In this document: positions 19,770-30,489 of the stretch, piece after piece | Layout: each line of letters begins with the position of its first letter | Position numbering within the stretch: position 1 is the first letter of the stretch | Program-made: the position numbers and the translations under genes | Notes under the pieces: model-generated | Told to the model about the DNA's origin: nothing | The model's database searches: none | What the model saw: only the letters and a program-made list of their open reading frames with translations | DNA from: a virus | Lineage: Duplodnaviria; Heunggongvirae; Uroviricota; Caudoviricetes; Herelleviridae | IMG/VR virus record: IMGVR_UViG_2706796241_000001 | DNA length: 64,000 bases | Reading direction: 5' to 3' (one strand)

Positions 19770-20141
19770 TTATTTTTCTTTATTTTCTTTAATAGACTCT
19801 AACTCTTTTTGGATTTTTTCTTGAATAAGGCTTAACTCTTTTTCGTACTCTGCTTTAGCCTCTAAGCGGTTCTCTTCCGTTACACCTAGTTTTGTTAATA
19901 AATTGTCAAATACAGCCTGCTGTTCAATTAAAGAAGAAATATAACCATCATTCCGTTTGCCCATAAATTCGACAATAGTAGTTACATCAGATAATGATAC
20001 TGAACGTTTACTTAAGCGTTCTAACTGTTTTTGGTGGTTTTTATCATGAACCTGCCCTGTGGCTAACCACTCAGCCCACACTCTCATGTCTGCTTCCGAT
20101 AACTCCCCGATACGTTTGTTGCGTTTACTCTCTTTACTCAT
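19770..20141 (-). CDS. hypothetical protein
   Basis: 123-aa ORF in operon. Confidence 0.75.
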   Translation of the reverse strand: MSKESKRNKRIGELSEADMRVWAEWLATGQVHDKNHQKQLERLSKRSVSLSDVTTIVEFMGKRNDGYISSLIEQQAVFDNLLTKLGVTEENRLEAKAEYEKELSLIQEKIQKELESIKENKEK

Positions 20142-20475
20142 ATGTTTCGTCCTCCATTAAACTTTCAATATTTTTGAACTCTTTAAGAATCTCTTTTTCA
20201 AGCTCTTCTGTAATTGTACCACTGTCTTTTAATTTTTTCAATACAATTTTTAAATTAATATCTTGCATAAGGTTATAATTTTCTACCATAAATGCAGTGT
20301 TGCGTGCTACTGTACTTAACGCTCCTTCTAGCTCTTGATATGTCACATACTTTTGACCATGTTCTTTCTCTAATAAAACATACTCATCTGTTTTTTCTTC
20401 AATCACTAAATTCTGCATCTGATTAAAATAATCAACGAAATTCATTTTCATACCTCCGTAGTAGACTGCTACCAT
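20134..20475 (-). CDS. hypothetical protein (true start probably near 20442-20448)
   Basis: ORF in operon; GGAGGT precedes MKMNF. Confidence 0.7.
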   Translation of the reverse strand: MVAVYYGGMKMNFVDYFNQMQNLVIEEKTDEYVLLEKEHGQKYVTYQELEGALSTVARNTAFMVENYNLMQDINLKIVLKKLKDSGTITEELEKEILKEFKNIESLMEDETYE

Positions 20476-20740
20476 CCTCTATTTTGCGAACTTCTAAATT
20501 TTCAAATGTCTTTGCCCATATTTCTCGTGAGCACTTATCAAAAAAGTCATGAACAGTAATATACTCGTCACATACACGAGAAACTACACCTATTTGATTT
20601 GTTACTGAGAGTGTGTCTTTTACTCTTTTTGCATCGAACCCTCTAATAGTCTTTTTGTAACCTACTATGTCCCCTACTCTAATTTGCTCTTTATCAACTA
20701 GGTGTTTAACTGTTACTACTTCTTCTTTCTTGGTGTACAT
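20432..20740 (-). CDS. hypothetical protein
   Basis: 102-aa ORF, AGGAGG RBS. Confidence 0.7.
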   Translation of the reverse strand: MYTKKEEVVTVKHLVDKEQIRVGDIVGYKKTIRGFDAKRVKDTLSVTNQIGVVSRVCDEYITVHDFFDKCSREIWAKTFENLEVRKIEDGSSLLRRYENEFR

Positions 20741-20741
20741 G

Positions 20742-20972
20742 CTAGTCCTCCTTATTCTTTAATGTGAACTTATATTTATTGTCTGCCATCCCTACATAAG
20801 TTAAGCTATAGTTTGGGTAAGTCATTTTAATAAGCTTCACTATTTTATCGTAAGAGGTACCTAAATAAGGCTCTCTTAAATCAAAAGTTACACTGCACTG
20901 GTGTTTTTCTAACATAACAGAAAAGCTACCCATAACGTACAATAATGGTGGTTTAAATTCTGGGATGAGCAT
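20742..20972 (-). CDS. hypothetical protein
   Basis: 76-aa ORF filling the operon gap. Confidence 0.65.
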   Translation of the reverse strand: MLIPEFKPPLLYVMGSFSVMLEKHQCSVTFDLREPYLGTSYDKIVKLIKMTYPNYSLTYVGMADNKYKFTLKNKED

Positions 20973-20974
20973 AA

Positions 20975-21892
20975 CTATACCACCCCAGATGAGCCATATG
21001 CGCCTTCTCCTCGTTCAGTTGTACCTAACGCTGATACTTCAACAAACTGTGTGTCGTATCGAGGTAGTAAGAAAGCTTGGCATAAACGAGTGCCTTTTGG
21101 GATAAATAGTGTTCCCGCAACCACATACTCATCAGCATTAGATATTCTAACTTCTCCTCCATAAACTAGCTGTAGCTCCTCACTTAGCTTCTCTAGCTGT
21201 TTTTCATAAAGAGCATTAAAGCTTGGATACATTGACCGAGCTACTGTTACTGGGATGTTAATAAGTTTACCTTCTTCATTGATTGTTAAAACGTTCTTAG
21301 AAACAGCTCTTGCATCTAATTGTAAAGAGAACGTATTTTTAAGTGGTAAACCAACCTCTCCACGATATTCCCCTTCCACTACACCTTGTGTGTTTCCTAA
21401 AGTGATTGGATATTTCATCATACCACCTCGAGGGTTAATGAATAAACCATATTGTTTGGGGTCAAACGATGTTTTTATTCCAGTAGAAATAACATTTGAA
21501 CCTAATCTCCCGGGAATAACTACTCCATCGTCTGCTGTGAATAAGTCATGTGCTACATCATTTTCTCTTCCTCGTTTTGGTTTCTTAGCGCCTTCACGGA
21601 TTGTATATTTTACTACAGCACCTTCTGGTACAAATAGATAGAATCCAGTGTGGTTTCCGTAGTCCCAACGAACAATCCCATCCTCAGTACCTTCAATAAT
21701 TCTAAGAGTACTACACTTAAAGTCATTTGCTTTCCACCAGTCACGAACTGACTGCTCTGCTTCTTTCATCGAGTTAAATGTTCCATGATAGGTACGCTTT
21801 GTCTCATCCTCATCCATAATATTTCTGCTATTTAGAAAGTATACTGATACTCTTCCCATCCTTGTTAGCCTCCTATAGTTATTCTTATTCAA
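20975..21892 (-). CDS. dut: trimeric dUTPase with N-terminal extra domain and internal insertion
   Basis: Motifs AHDL, PRGG, GVVEGEYRGE, RLCQ, RGEGAYGSSG; start probably near 21859. Confidence 0.8.
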   Translation of the reverse strand: MNKNNYRRLTRMGRVSVYFLNSRNIMDEDETKRTYHGTFNSMKEAEQSVRDWWKANDFKCSTLRIIEGTEDGIVRWDYGNHTGFYLFVPEGAVVKYTIREGAKKPKRGRENDVAHDLFTADDGVVIPGRLGSNVISTGIKTSFDPKQYGLFINPRGGMMKYPITLGNTQGVVEGEYRGEVGLPLKNTFSLQLDARAVSKNVLTINEEGKLINIPVTVARSMYPSFNALYEKQLEKLSEELQLVYGGEVRISNADEYVVAGTLFIPKGTRLCQAFLLPRYDTQFVEVSALGTTERGEGAYGSSGVV

Positions 21893-22526
21893 ATTCTCTT
21901 AGTACGTCAATTGCTTTTAATGCTTCACTTAGCTTACTGATTTCTATAGATATTTCGTTTTCTTCTATCTTAATTTGTTGTTGCTTGTAGAATAAACGAA
22001 GTTTCTTTTCTTTTAGTTCCTTAATTCTTGCTTCTACTTTCTTTTCTAACTCTGTTTTATGTGGTCTTTCTAGTAATTCAAAAGACCCGCTTGCACTACC
22101 ATTTAATCGAGCTACTATTTCTTTAGCACAGTATTGGTTACCGTCTCCTGACTTGGTAAATAAAATTCCTTTTTCACCCTTATAGATTTCATAGGTTTGT
22201 CCTGTAGCCCACCATGGAAAGCTCATAGCATCTTTGCAGTGAAGTAACATCCCTTCTTCAAGGTCTTCTTCTGTGTAATCTGTATCCTTCATCACCTTAG
22301 AAACAACCTCAAATTCTGCGTTCCCTGTATTACCATTTAAACGTACTAAGATGTCCTCATCTAGGCTCTCAATTCCGTCATCATCAAAAATACATAGTGA
22401 ACCTGACTCTTTTTCAATTACTTCATAGATTTTATTCGTAGTCCAAAAACTGTAGTTTTTACTGTCCGTGCAACGTAACCTCATCCCTGCGCAAATGTCT
22501 TCTAATGTATATTTCATACCTTCCAT
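21885..22526 (-). CDS. hypothetical protein with a duplicated ~75-aa domain and coiled-coil tail
   Basis: YT.ED...GM.L.C.D...W.T...YE...RLNG....FE occurs twice. Confidence 0.75.
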   Translation of the reverse strand: MEGMKYTLEDICAGMRLRCTDSKNYSFWTTNKIYEVIEKESGSLCIFDDDGIESLDEDILVRLNGNTGNAEFEVVSKVMKDTDYTEEDLEEGMLLHCKDAMSFPWWATGQTYEIYKGEKGILFTKSGDGNQYCAKEIVARLNGSASGSFELLERPHKTELEKKVEARIKELKEKKLRLFYKQQQIKIEENEISIEISKLSEALKAIDVLREFE

Positions 22527-22533
22527 CCCCTAT

Positions 22534-23591
22534 CTATAGCATTAGTTTTATTAAACCTACTCCGTCTGCCTTTACAGAGTAGTTATTTATAATATTCCAA
22601 GCCTCTTCTCTCCCTAAACTATTTGCATCTTGAGTTGTTGGGCTTATAACTACATAAGTCTCGTTATGTCTCTTATATAGTTTCTCTGCTAACTTTTTAA
22701 TTTCTTTTTTAGCATCTTTATCTAAATAGATAAATATTTTTTGCTCTTCATTCACACTATCTAAAATAAGTTCAACTTGCTCGTCAGTCACCTGCTTACC
22801 AAAAGTACCTACACCAGACTCACCAACTGTTAACGCATCAGGAACACCTTCTGTTATAACTATCTGAGGGGTTTGACTAGCTCTATTAATATTAAATATA
22901 GTATCCTTTTTTGAATGCTCACCCTCTTTACTTGGGGCGTTCAAAGACTTAATAAAGCTTTCCCCAATAGCTCTAGTATTCCAATATTGATACTTACCAT
23001 CTTTTCCATGAGTTAAAAAACTAAGTGGTCTTTGAGTCTAACTGACTTATCATTTTCTAAGGGTACCCAAGAATCTTTTACATATCCAATATTGTGCATA
23101 TAAATATCATTCAATGTAAACCCCCTCTTATTACAGTATAATAAGAAAGGGTATGCTTCTGGCTCTCTCAGGTTCTGGCTTAGTAGTTTAAAACCATCTG
23201 GCAATGGGGGTGCTACTAACTCTTTTTTAGCTTGTTTAGTTTCTTCTTTTGGCTTACCTAACGAACCTAGAAGAAGTAATAAGTATTCCTCATCAGTTAA
23301 CTTATCTGATTTAGGTACATAATTTTTATTATTAAACCTATAGCCATATTCTTCTAATATCTCTAGCGCTTCTTTAAAAGACACATTGTAATACTTCATT
23401 ACAAAAGATACTGGGTTACCTGAACTACCACACTTAAAACAATGCCATAAGTTATTCTTTGGGTGTCCTTCTTCTACCCTAACATAAAACTTATACTTAG
23501 TATCGTAGTCACAAAAAGGGCAATTATACCTGTAGTCCCTTACTGCATATTTAGGTGAACCTAATTCGTTAGATAACAAGTCTGTAAACAT
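22534..23591 (-). CDS. DNA primase (apparent frameshift at 23015-23020)
   Basis: Zn finger CPFC...CFKC; TOPRIM ITEGVPDAL and YLDKDA; adding one base joins the two ORFs. Confidence 0.88.
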
Positions 23592-24257
23592 TTAAGCCAC
23601 TACTTTCCTCATAATATTTAACATTGTATACACATTACCAAATTTTTCATAAACACTATTTAAAGAGTCTAGTGACCTGCTTAATACATAAGTAGCCTTT
23701 TCCTCTCTGTCTAACCGCATATACTCAGATATGTCCTTATACGCTTGTTTAAGTTCATCTGAGTCTGGCTTGCTCAATTGTAGAGTATCCACTTTATTTA
23801 CGAGCTCTTCCTCTACTTTAACTTTTTGGTTTGTATAGAGTAAATCAAGAATATCCAGTACTTTAGAGATACTATCATCTACTTCTTTTAAGGTGTAATC
23901 TTCTTTTAAAGGTGTAACAATGTCATATTGTTTAGCAAAGTTAAACAACTCTGCATTCTCATTTGCCACTTCTTCATTATACCATTCATTCTCATTAAAG
24001 CAAGCTATTTTTGAAATAACTCTCTTTTTATTATCCCCAACACCGTATCTAGCTACTAATGTTTTGTCTGAGTCTAACAATCTCAAATATAGTTTTTTTC
24101 GAGAAGTGCTGTACTGATACTCATATCTTGGGCAACAAGGGTACCAATCGAATAGTGTCTCTAACGGGAAGCTAAATAGTCTCCCTTCATTACTACTACT
24201 TGTAGGTACAAATATAGTACCTTCGTTTAATTCTCTACTTAATGTATAAATCTTCAT
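23592..24257 (-). CDS. hypothetical protein
   Basis: 221-aa ORF between sbcC and primase. Confidence 0.75.
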   Translation of the reverse strand: MKIYTLSRELNEGTIFVPTSSSNEGRLFSFPLETLFDWYPCCPRYEYQYSTSRKKLYLRLLDSDKTLVARYGVGDNKKRVISKIACFNENEWYNEEVANENAELFNFAKQYDIVTPLKEDYTLKEVDDSISKVLDILDLLYTNQKVKVEEELVNKVDTLQLSKPDSDELKQAYKDISEYMRLDREEKATYVLSRSLDSLNSVYEKFGNVYTMLNIMRKVVA

Positions 24258-24265
24258 GTAATCAC

Positions 24266-26158
24266 CTATTTACTTTCTTCAAGGTAAGAACGACCTTGAA
24301 CTTTTTTCATAGTGATTACGTTCTCAAACAATGGCTTCAAGTTCTCCGAGTGAGTTATTACGAAAATACTACTAATGTTCTTTTGGCGTTCTTTCAATAT
24401 TTTAATAACGTTCTCACAACCAATTGCATCTAAACCATCAAAACACTCATCATACAAACCTAAATTAACAGCAATGTTTGCTTTTGACTGAACTAAATCT
24501 TGAATAGCAAAAGATATTGCTAAATCAATTCTCTTCTTCTCTCCCTCGGAGTTTGCTTGATATGTGTTTCCACCAGAGCCATTCACTACCTCTAAGTCAA
24601 ACTTATCAGCTAAACTACCATCTGCTTTCTCTGTTTGGGTACTAAAGTTTATTTCAATATCTGAACCTGAAAGGGTAGATAAGTAATGGTTTGCTCTTTC
24701 ATTTAAGAAAGGTGTAACTAGGTCAAGTACCTCAGAGCGTATGCCTTTATTAGAAAAAATTTCTTGTGCAATAGTTTTATATTGACTAACTTCTTCTTCG
24801 GCATCTAATTTTAATTGGTTAATTTTATTTAGCTCATCTTCTATTTCCCGGTCTTTGTCATAGTCATATTGAGGTTTAGGTATTTCTTGTAGTCTTGTTA
24901 ACATATCCTTAATGCTGTCCCTATTATTAATAGATGTGTTCAATGTGTTTTCTAATGTATCTATCTCATGATACAACGCATTCATTTCACCATTAAGTTT
25001 ATGATAAATATTAGTATGTTCTTGAATAGCTTTTCTTGCTTCCTCTTGTTTAGCTCTTGCTTGCTCTAACAGAGGGGAATACACTGCTAATGCACTATTA
25101 AGCTTTTCGATAAACACTTCTTTATCCACTATTTCTCTTTGAATACGTTGAATTTCTTGTTCTCTATGCTGTGGACTCAATAAAGCGCCACATAGGTAAC
25201 AATTTGTATTTGTTTTAACATCTTCTAGTTCTTTTTTTAATTTCTCAATAGCAGTATCATTCTGTGTTTTTGCACTAGATAATCTACTAACGTTAGAATA
25301 CTGTGTTTCAACTTCTACATCAATTTCACGAATGTCTGCAGGGGAAGTTAGTTGTGCCATCTGCTCTCTTAGCTTTTCTAATTCGGGTTCACGTAGCGCT
25401 CTTCCCTCTGATAGATTCTTCTCACTTTGTTTAATAGCTAATTCTGCATTAGCTAACTCACTCTCTTTTTGTTGAATCAGCTTTTCTGTATTCTCATATT
25501 GTTGTAAAGCACTATTGTAAGATTGAGTTAACCCATCTTTTTCATATGTCTTAGCAATGTACTGTCTGTTCAGCTCTTCTGCAAGAGCTAGTGCTTTTTG
25601 TGCTCTTTCTTTAGCAACATCCTGTGCATATCGGTAAACACCAATATCGGCTAAATTCTCTAAGATTTGTTTTTTACCCTTATCAGTTGCTGTAGCAAAT
25701 ATTTCTACGTTACCCTGACCATACATGATACTATTAGCATAAGTCAGGTAATCAATACCGAACACATCTTGAATCTTTTTATCAGTGTCTGCTACAGATT
25801 TCTGAGTTATATCATTTGTTCCTTGGAAAAATCTAGTAGTATTTTTATGTTTAGAGTGTTTACGATAACGTTCGATACGATATGGTACCCCATCTTTTTC
25901 AAATTCTAAAATCACTGACATATTTTTCTTTGCTTGTTTATTAATTACAGCATCAGCTTTCAAACCACTAGGGGTAGCTCCATACAATGCATAAGTAACG
26001 GTAGACAGTAAAGTACTTTTACCTGAGCCATTACTCTGAAATGTTTCGTTTGTATCATTTATACCTTCGATAAGTACGAGTCCTTGGTTGTCTAAATCAA
26101 TAGATACAGAGCCAATGGACATATAGTTCTCTGCGCTAACTCGTTTAAACTTTAACAT
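24266..26158 (-). CDS. SbcC/Rad50-like recombination nuclease ATPase subunit
   Basis: Walker A NGSGKS, zinc hook CYLCG, signature SEGEKKR, YDECFDGLD, ITH. Confidence 0.92.
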   Translation of the reverse strand: MLKFKRVSAENYMSIGSVSIDLDNQGLVLIEGINDTNETFQSNGSGKSTLLSTVTYALYGATPSGLKADAVINKQAKKNMSVILEFEKDGVPYRIERYRKHSKHKNTTRFFQGTNDITQKSVADTDKKIQDVFGIDYLTYANSIMYGQGNVEIFATATDKGKKQILENLADIGVYRYAQDVAKERAQKALALAEELNRQYIAKTYEKDGLTQSYNSALQQYENTEKLIQQKESELANAELAIKQSEKNLSEGRALREPELEKLREQMAQLTSPADIREIDVEVETQYSNVSRLSSAKTQNDTAIEKLKKELEDVKTNTNCYLCGALLSPQHREQEIQRIQREIVDKEVFIEKLNSALAVYSPLLEQARAKQEEARKAIQEHTNIYHKLNGEMNALYHEIDTLENTLNTSINNRDSIKDMLTRLQEIPKPQYDYDKDREIEDELNKINQLKLDAEEEVSQYKTIAQEIFSNKGIRSEVLDLVTPFLNERANHYLSTLSGSDIEINFSTQTEKADGSLADKFDLEVVNGSGGNTYQANSEGEKKRIDLAISFAIQDLVQSKANIAVNLGLYDECFDGLDAIGCENVIKILKERQKNISSIFVITHSENLKPLFENVITMKKVQGRSYLEESK

Positions 26159-26199
26159 CTTTTCCTCCCAAAATATTAATTAATTATTTCAATAAACAT

Positions 26200-26228
26200 A
26201 TTATACTTCAAAATACTAATAAAGTCAA
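26200..26228 (-). promoter_or_regulatory. sigmaA-type promoter
   Basis: TTGACT-17 nt-TATAAT. Confidence 0.7.
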
Positions 26229-26239
26229 TAGTACAACGC

Positions 26240-26264
26240 AAAAAAGCCTAGATATATCTAGGCT
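26240..26264 (-). terminator. intrinsic terminator
   Basis: AGCCTAGAT/ATCTAGGCT stem plus T6. Confidence 0.75.
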
Positions 26265-26273
26265 GAACAATTA

Positions 26274-27338
26274 TTACACTTCCATTGCCTCTCTCAAACA
26301 GTCGAGGGCTTTGTCTTTAATTATTTTTGCGTTAGGGTACTTTTTACTAATAAATGCATTGACAACTTCGCTAGGTGTCGAACCTGCTGTTATGTTTATA
26401 CGTGGCTCAACATGATAGTCCTTCTGGACTTTTATTCTAATATTACTTAAGTTGTTCTCTTCTTTTATTCTCTTTACAGCCTCAACCTCATCCACATTAC
26501 CAATAAACTGGATATAAGATTTCTCCATAGAACCTGTTGTTGATGGGCTATCGGCTGTTACTGTTTCAAACGGAGTATAGTCAGTTTTAATAAATTTTTG
26601 TTCCCACTTCTTACCCTCTATAGTAATATCATAAAAACCTTTTTCTTGACCTTCGTCCGCAAAAGAAGTCTGTAGGGTATTGCCCACATAAAACACGTTA
26701 GATAGGTTTCCTAAAAATTGTCGTTTATGATAGTGACCCAATGTAACTATGTCAAACTTGTCAGGGTATAAATCAGCTACTTTAAAAGCACCACCAAGTG
26801 TATGAGAATACTTTCCAGTAGATGAACCATCTACACCAATGTGTGCACTTAGAATATTAACTGTTTCATGGTCTAAATTGTCAGCTTGTTCTTTTATCCA
26901 AGCTTTCATCTCTTCGACCTCTTCCCCATAGCTAACAGCATACAACGTATAATCATCTTTAACAATCTTGTTTAACGTAGAACAAACTGTAACATTTGGT
27001 AAAGCACTAAATGGGGCTAAAGCACTATCTGAATATAGAGAGTTAGTTACCTTATCATGATTACCACTGACCATGATAACATCGACATCGGGGTAACTAC
27101 TAATTACTTGAAATAACATATTAAATATTCTAACATCAATAGATACTCGTTTATGGAACATGTCCCCATTAAATAAAACATCCCCATTTTTGTTTCGTGC
27201 ATAGTTCATCAAGTTGTCTAATATAGTAATTTGCTCTTTTGCCCTATCAGTTCCATACTCTGGGTCTGGTTTTGAAAAATCTTTAAAAAAGTGCATATGA
27301 AAATCTGAAAAATTAATAATATGTTTCATTAATTCCAA
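26274..27338 (-). CDS. SbcD/Mre11-like nuclease subunit
   Basis: SDFH, GDMF, GNHD, LGHYH motifs. Confidence 0.92.
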   Translation of the reverse strand: MELMKHIINFSDFHMHFFKDFSKPDPEYGTDRAKEQITILDNLMNYARNKNGDVLFNGDMFHKRVSIDVRIFNMLFQVISSYPDVDVIMVSGNHDKVTNSLYSDSALAPFSALPNVTVCSTLNKIVKDDYTLYAVSYGEEVEEMKAWIKEQADNLDHETVNILSAHIGVDGSSTGKYSHTLGGAFKVADLYPDKFDIVTLGHYHKRQFLGNLSNVFYVGNTLQTSFADEGQEKGFYDITIEGKKWEQKFIKTDYTPFETVTADSPSTTGSMEKSYIQFIGNVDEVEAVKRIKEENNLSNIRIKVQKDYHVEPRINITAGSTPSEVVNAFISKKYPNAKIIKDKALDCLREAMEV

Positions 27339-28801
27339 CCTCCTGAAAGGGTATTATTCAAATTACTTATCTTTTTATTAACATCGTTTGCTGTGTAGTT
27401 ATTCTCATCAGAATGGCTACTTGCTCTATTCATTGCATTATCTGCTAACAGTGCTTCATGTTCTGCTCGTTCTTCTGGTGTTTCATCTCTAATAGTCATA
27501 GTTTCTGGGAGTACTTTAAAATACAACATTTTATCATAGGCAATCCCACTATTATTACGTAACTTATCTACGTAAGCTCTCAAATATCCGTTACTAAACT
27601 CCTCTGATGTTTGGTTTAATGTAAAAATAAGTTCTACTGCGTTCATTTTACGTTTAGAACCTTCGATAGCTCCTGCATTTTTAATATCTTGACCATAGCT
27701 TGCTCGGTTCAACTGAGATAACGTCCAACAAACAAAATCATACTCTTGTGCAATCGCACGAATATCTTCATATAGTTTACCTCCTGCATCTGATTCACCA
27801 TTACTTCCGCTTGCATGAGGGTTTTTCATTAAATCTGGGTAGTCAATAATGACAACATCAATTTGCTGTCCTTTACGAATCATTACATCGGAGATTAACT
27901 GAGATAAACCGCTAGGTGTTAGCTCTTGTGGTTTATATTTACGAATCCAAAGGTTACCCCAATTCATCTGTTCTTTACCCGCTCCATACGCTTGTTGGAT
28001 TTGGGTATACAAGTCTTTATTCAATTCACCATCAACTAAGATATTCTTCTTACTTTGTTGTGATAATAATTGTTCAAAACGAACAATCATACGGTCTACT
28101 TTTTCCTCTAAAGGAACATAAAGAACATTTAAACCACGTACAACATAGTTTCTAGCTTGGTTAACTGCCCAAGTAGTTTTACCACCACCAGTAGGTGCAA
28201 CAACCATCCCGACTTCTCCACGAGCTAGCCCACCATCGGAAATAGCATCGATAGCTGTGAAACCAGTTGGGTATTTGTTTTGTTGCAAGTTTGCAAGTAA
28301 CTCCATCTTTTTATCTACGTCATCGAAGAAGTCTAGCAATTCTGAATTATTGCCTGCTGTCTCGATAGTAAGAATGTCTCTCAAGTCATCCATTAGCTGT
28401 TGAATATTACTATCAGAGCCTAGTGTGCCTTCATTTGTTACAGATTTCATGATTGCTTCTCGTGTTAGTACCTTACGAACGTAGTTCTGAATGTTCTCAC
28501 TGATAACTTCTGAGTCTACATCTTCGTTTTCTAGTTCGTATAAGTCGCTAACTACCTCAAAGACTTTGTTTTGAGCTTCCAAACTTTTGTTTTGTTTTAA
28601 CATCTTATCTTCTACTAGTGTTAATAAACTCTGTTCCTCTAAGCTCTCATCATGTGTTCTGTAATATAAGTTGATTGTAGAAACAATCATCTCATATCCA
28701 GAATCTTTAAACTCATCCATTGGAATTTTACTTAGAATTTCCTTTGCAAAGAATGGCTCACTTAATGCTCTATAAATAACTTGTTTTTGAATTTGACTCA
28801 T
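27329..28801 (-). CDS. DnaB-like replicative helicase
   Basis: APTGGGKT, IIDYPD, SQLNR, KLRN. Confidence 0.9.
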   Translation of the reverse strand: MSQIQKQVIYRALSEPFFAKEILSKIPMDEFKDSGYEMIVSTINLYYRTHDESLEEQSLLTLVEDKMLKQNKSLEAQNKVFEVVSDLYELENEDVDSEVISENIQNYVRKVLTREAIMKSVTNEGTLGSDSNIQQLMDDLRDILTIETAGNNSELLDFFDDVDKKMELLANLQQNKYPTGFTAIDAISDGGLARGEVGMVVAPTGGGKTTWAVNQARNYVVRGLNVLYVPLEEKVDRMIVRFEQLLSQQSKKNILVDGELNKDLYTQIQQAYGAGKEQMNWGNLWIRKYKPQELTPSGLSQLISDVMIRKGQQIDVVIIDYPDLMKNPHASGSNGESDAGGKLYEDIRAIAQEYDFVCWTLSQLNRASYGQDIKNAGAIEGSKRKMNAVELIFTLNQTSEEFSNGYLRAYVDKLRNNSGIAYDKMLYFKVLPETMTIRDETPEERAEHEALLADNAMNRASSHSDENNYTANDVNKKISNLNNTLSGGWN

Positions 28802-28833
28802 CTTACTATCCGTCCCTCTCCCATTTATATTTC

Positions 28834-30462
28834 TTATTTGTCGTCACGCATATCTTTTTGGTTCTCCCAGTTACTTTTGTCAATCTCTAAAATCTCTTGT
28901 TCAGTCATTAAGACATCATAGATTCTATTTACATCTAACATACCTACAGAATCTAAAGGAATTTTCTCCTCACCAAATTCTTTAATGTACATACCTAACT
29001 TAGATATATTTGTTTTAAACCCATAGTAGTCCGCTAACATGAACATTGTTCTTGAGAAGTTCTGTGAGCCCCACCAAGACATACTTAATTTTCTACCTTG
29101 TTTAATAAACATTTCAGCTTCATCATTTGTTACATTAGATAATCGTGACTGGTTACCTAACAATAAATAAAGTAGTTCTTCGTCTTCCTCATTCATTAAT
29201 AAACTGCGTGCAGAGTTTATCTGAATAGGGAACGCTAAGGCATACTGTGTTGAAGTTAGCCCACGTTTACTAGAAAAGTTTGCAACTTGTTCTTTCAAGA
29301 AGTTAGCAATACTTTCTTTAGCTTCACTAGATACGTCAGATTCACCTAACGATTTAAGTGTTGCTGTATAATAAGAGTACAACGTACCTGCTTTTTTGTC
29401 AATATCTTTTTTATATTCTAAGTCACAAATAGCAGTATCTAACTGTGACAAGTCTTTCTGTGGCATATTGTAAGCATTCAATAGTCCTGAAATAATTGGA
29501 TAAGTTGCACCATAATAAGTAGCTTCTGAATTGATAGACGTATACAATCCATATTGGTTCTGTAACATTCTGTAGAACAGTTTTCTATTTGTGTAAGCCT
29601 CTTTAGCCTCTGCACATAACAAAGTATTTACATAGGGTGTAGCCCCTACTCGTGCTTTACCTACAGAAATCAAAAACTCTGTTCTATCAAATTGCACTGT
29701 TAAATAAACTAAAGGATTGATATTGTTCTCTTCACAATATTTAGCTAGCTCTACAAATTTTTTGTACTGAGGTGTCCCAACAAATCTTCTAGGCAACACA
29801 TCGTAATTGTAAGAGCTTTCGTATGCTCGTAGTTGTTGCTTAGCCTTTTTCTCATCTAAATTTTTCAGTCTATTATATTTTTCATAAGGAATGATTGTCA
29901 CATAAGCATTATACATTCTTGAAATTAAATAGCCTTTAAAGTACGCCTCTGGTTCGTCAAAACTATCGAAAAAACTTCTAGTAACAACGTTAAACTCAAT
30001 TTTATCATTTAAAATGTCTTCACGTTTTTTAAGTTTTTCACTAAGTATACGTGCCTCAGCTATCTCCGCTTTTGTTCTATATCTGCGTTTTGGTACTTTG
30101 GTTGGGGCTTTAGGGAAGACTTGTTCTCTAATCTCCTTTGCTTGTTTAGTATCAGACGTGATAGGGTTTTCCTTTGGCTCAAAATTAAGCATATCTGTGT
30201 TAAACACGACTAAAGTCCCTCCATTCATTCCTCTTTTTGTTTCGGTTTTTATTAAACCTAGTTCCTCTAATTGATTAATATATCTTGTAATTGTTCTAGG
30301 GTTTTTTCCAGTCTCTTTTGCCATATCCGTTTTACGGATAGGGGAGGCTACTGTTTCACCCCATCTCTGAGATTTATCTGCAACTCTCTCTAAAAAGTCT
30401 GTTATACCTTTGTTTAATTTAAATTTTTCTTTTAATTCGATATTTAGGCATGGACTTTGCAA
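28834..30462 (-). CDS. Rep-like HTH protein (putative replication initiator)
   Basis: N-terminal winged HTH KTDMAKETGKNPRTITRYINQLEELGLI; located between two helicases. Confidence 0.7.
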   Translation of the reverse strand: MQSPCLNIELKEKFKLNKGITDFLERVADKSQRWGETVASPIRKTDMAKETGKNPRTITRYINQLEELGLIKTETKRGMNGGTLVVFNTDMLNFEPKENPITSDTKQAKEIREQVFPKAPTKVPKRRYRTKAEIAEARILSEKLKKREDILNDKIEFNVVTRSFFDSFDEPEAYFKGYLISRMYNAYVTIIPYEKYNRLKNLDEKKAKQQLRAYESSYNYDVLPRRFVGTPQYKKFVELAKYCEENNINPLVYLTVQFDRTEFLISVGKARVGATPYVNTLLCAEAKEAYTNRKLFYRMLQNQYGLYTSINSEATYYGATYPIISGLLNAYNMPQKDLSQLDTAICDLEYKKDIDKKAGTLYSYYTATLKSLGESDVSSEAKESIANFLKEQVANFSSKRGLTSTQYALAFPIQINSARSLLMNEEDEELLYLLLGNQSRLSNVTNDEAEMFIKQGRKLSMSWWGSQNFSRTMFMLADYYGFKTNISKLGMYIKEFGEEKIPLDSVGMLDVNRIYDVLMTEQEILEIDKSNWENQKDMRDDK

Positions 30463-30489
30463 TTGTATGCCACCCTTTCTTTATTATAG

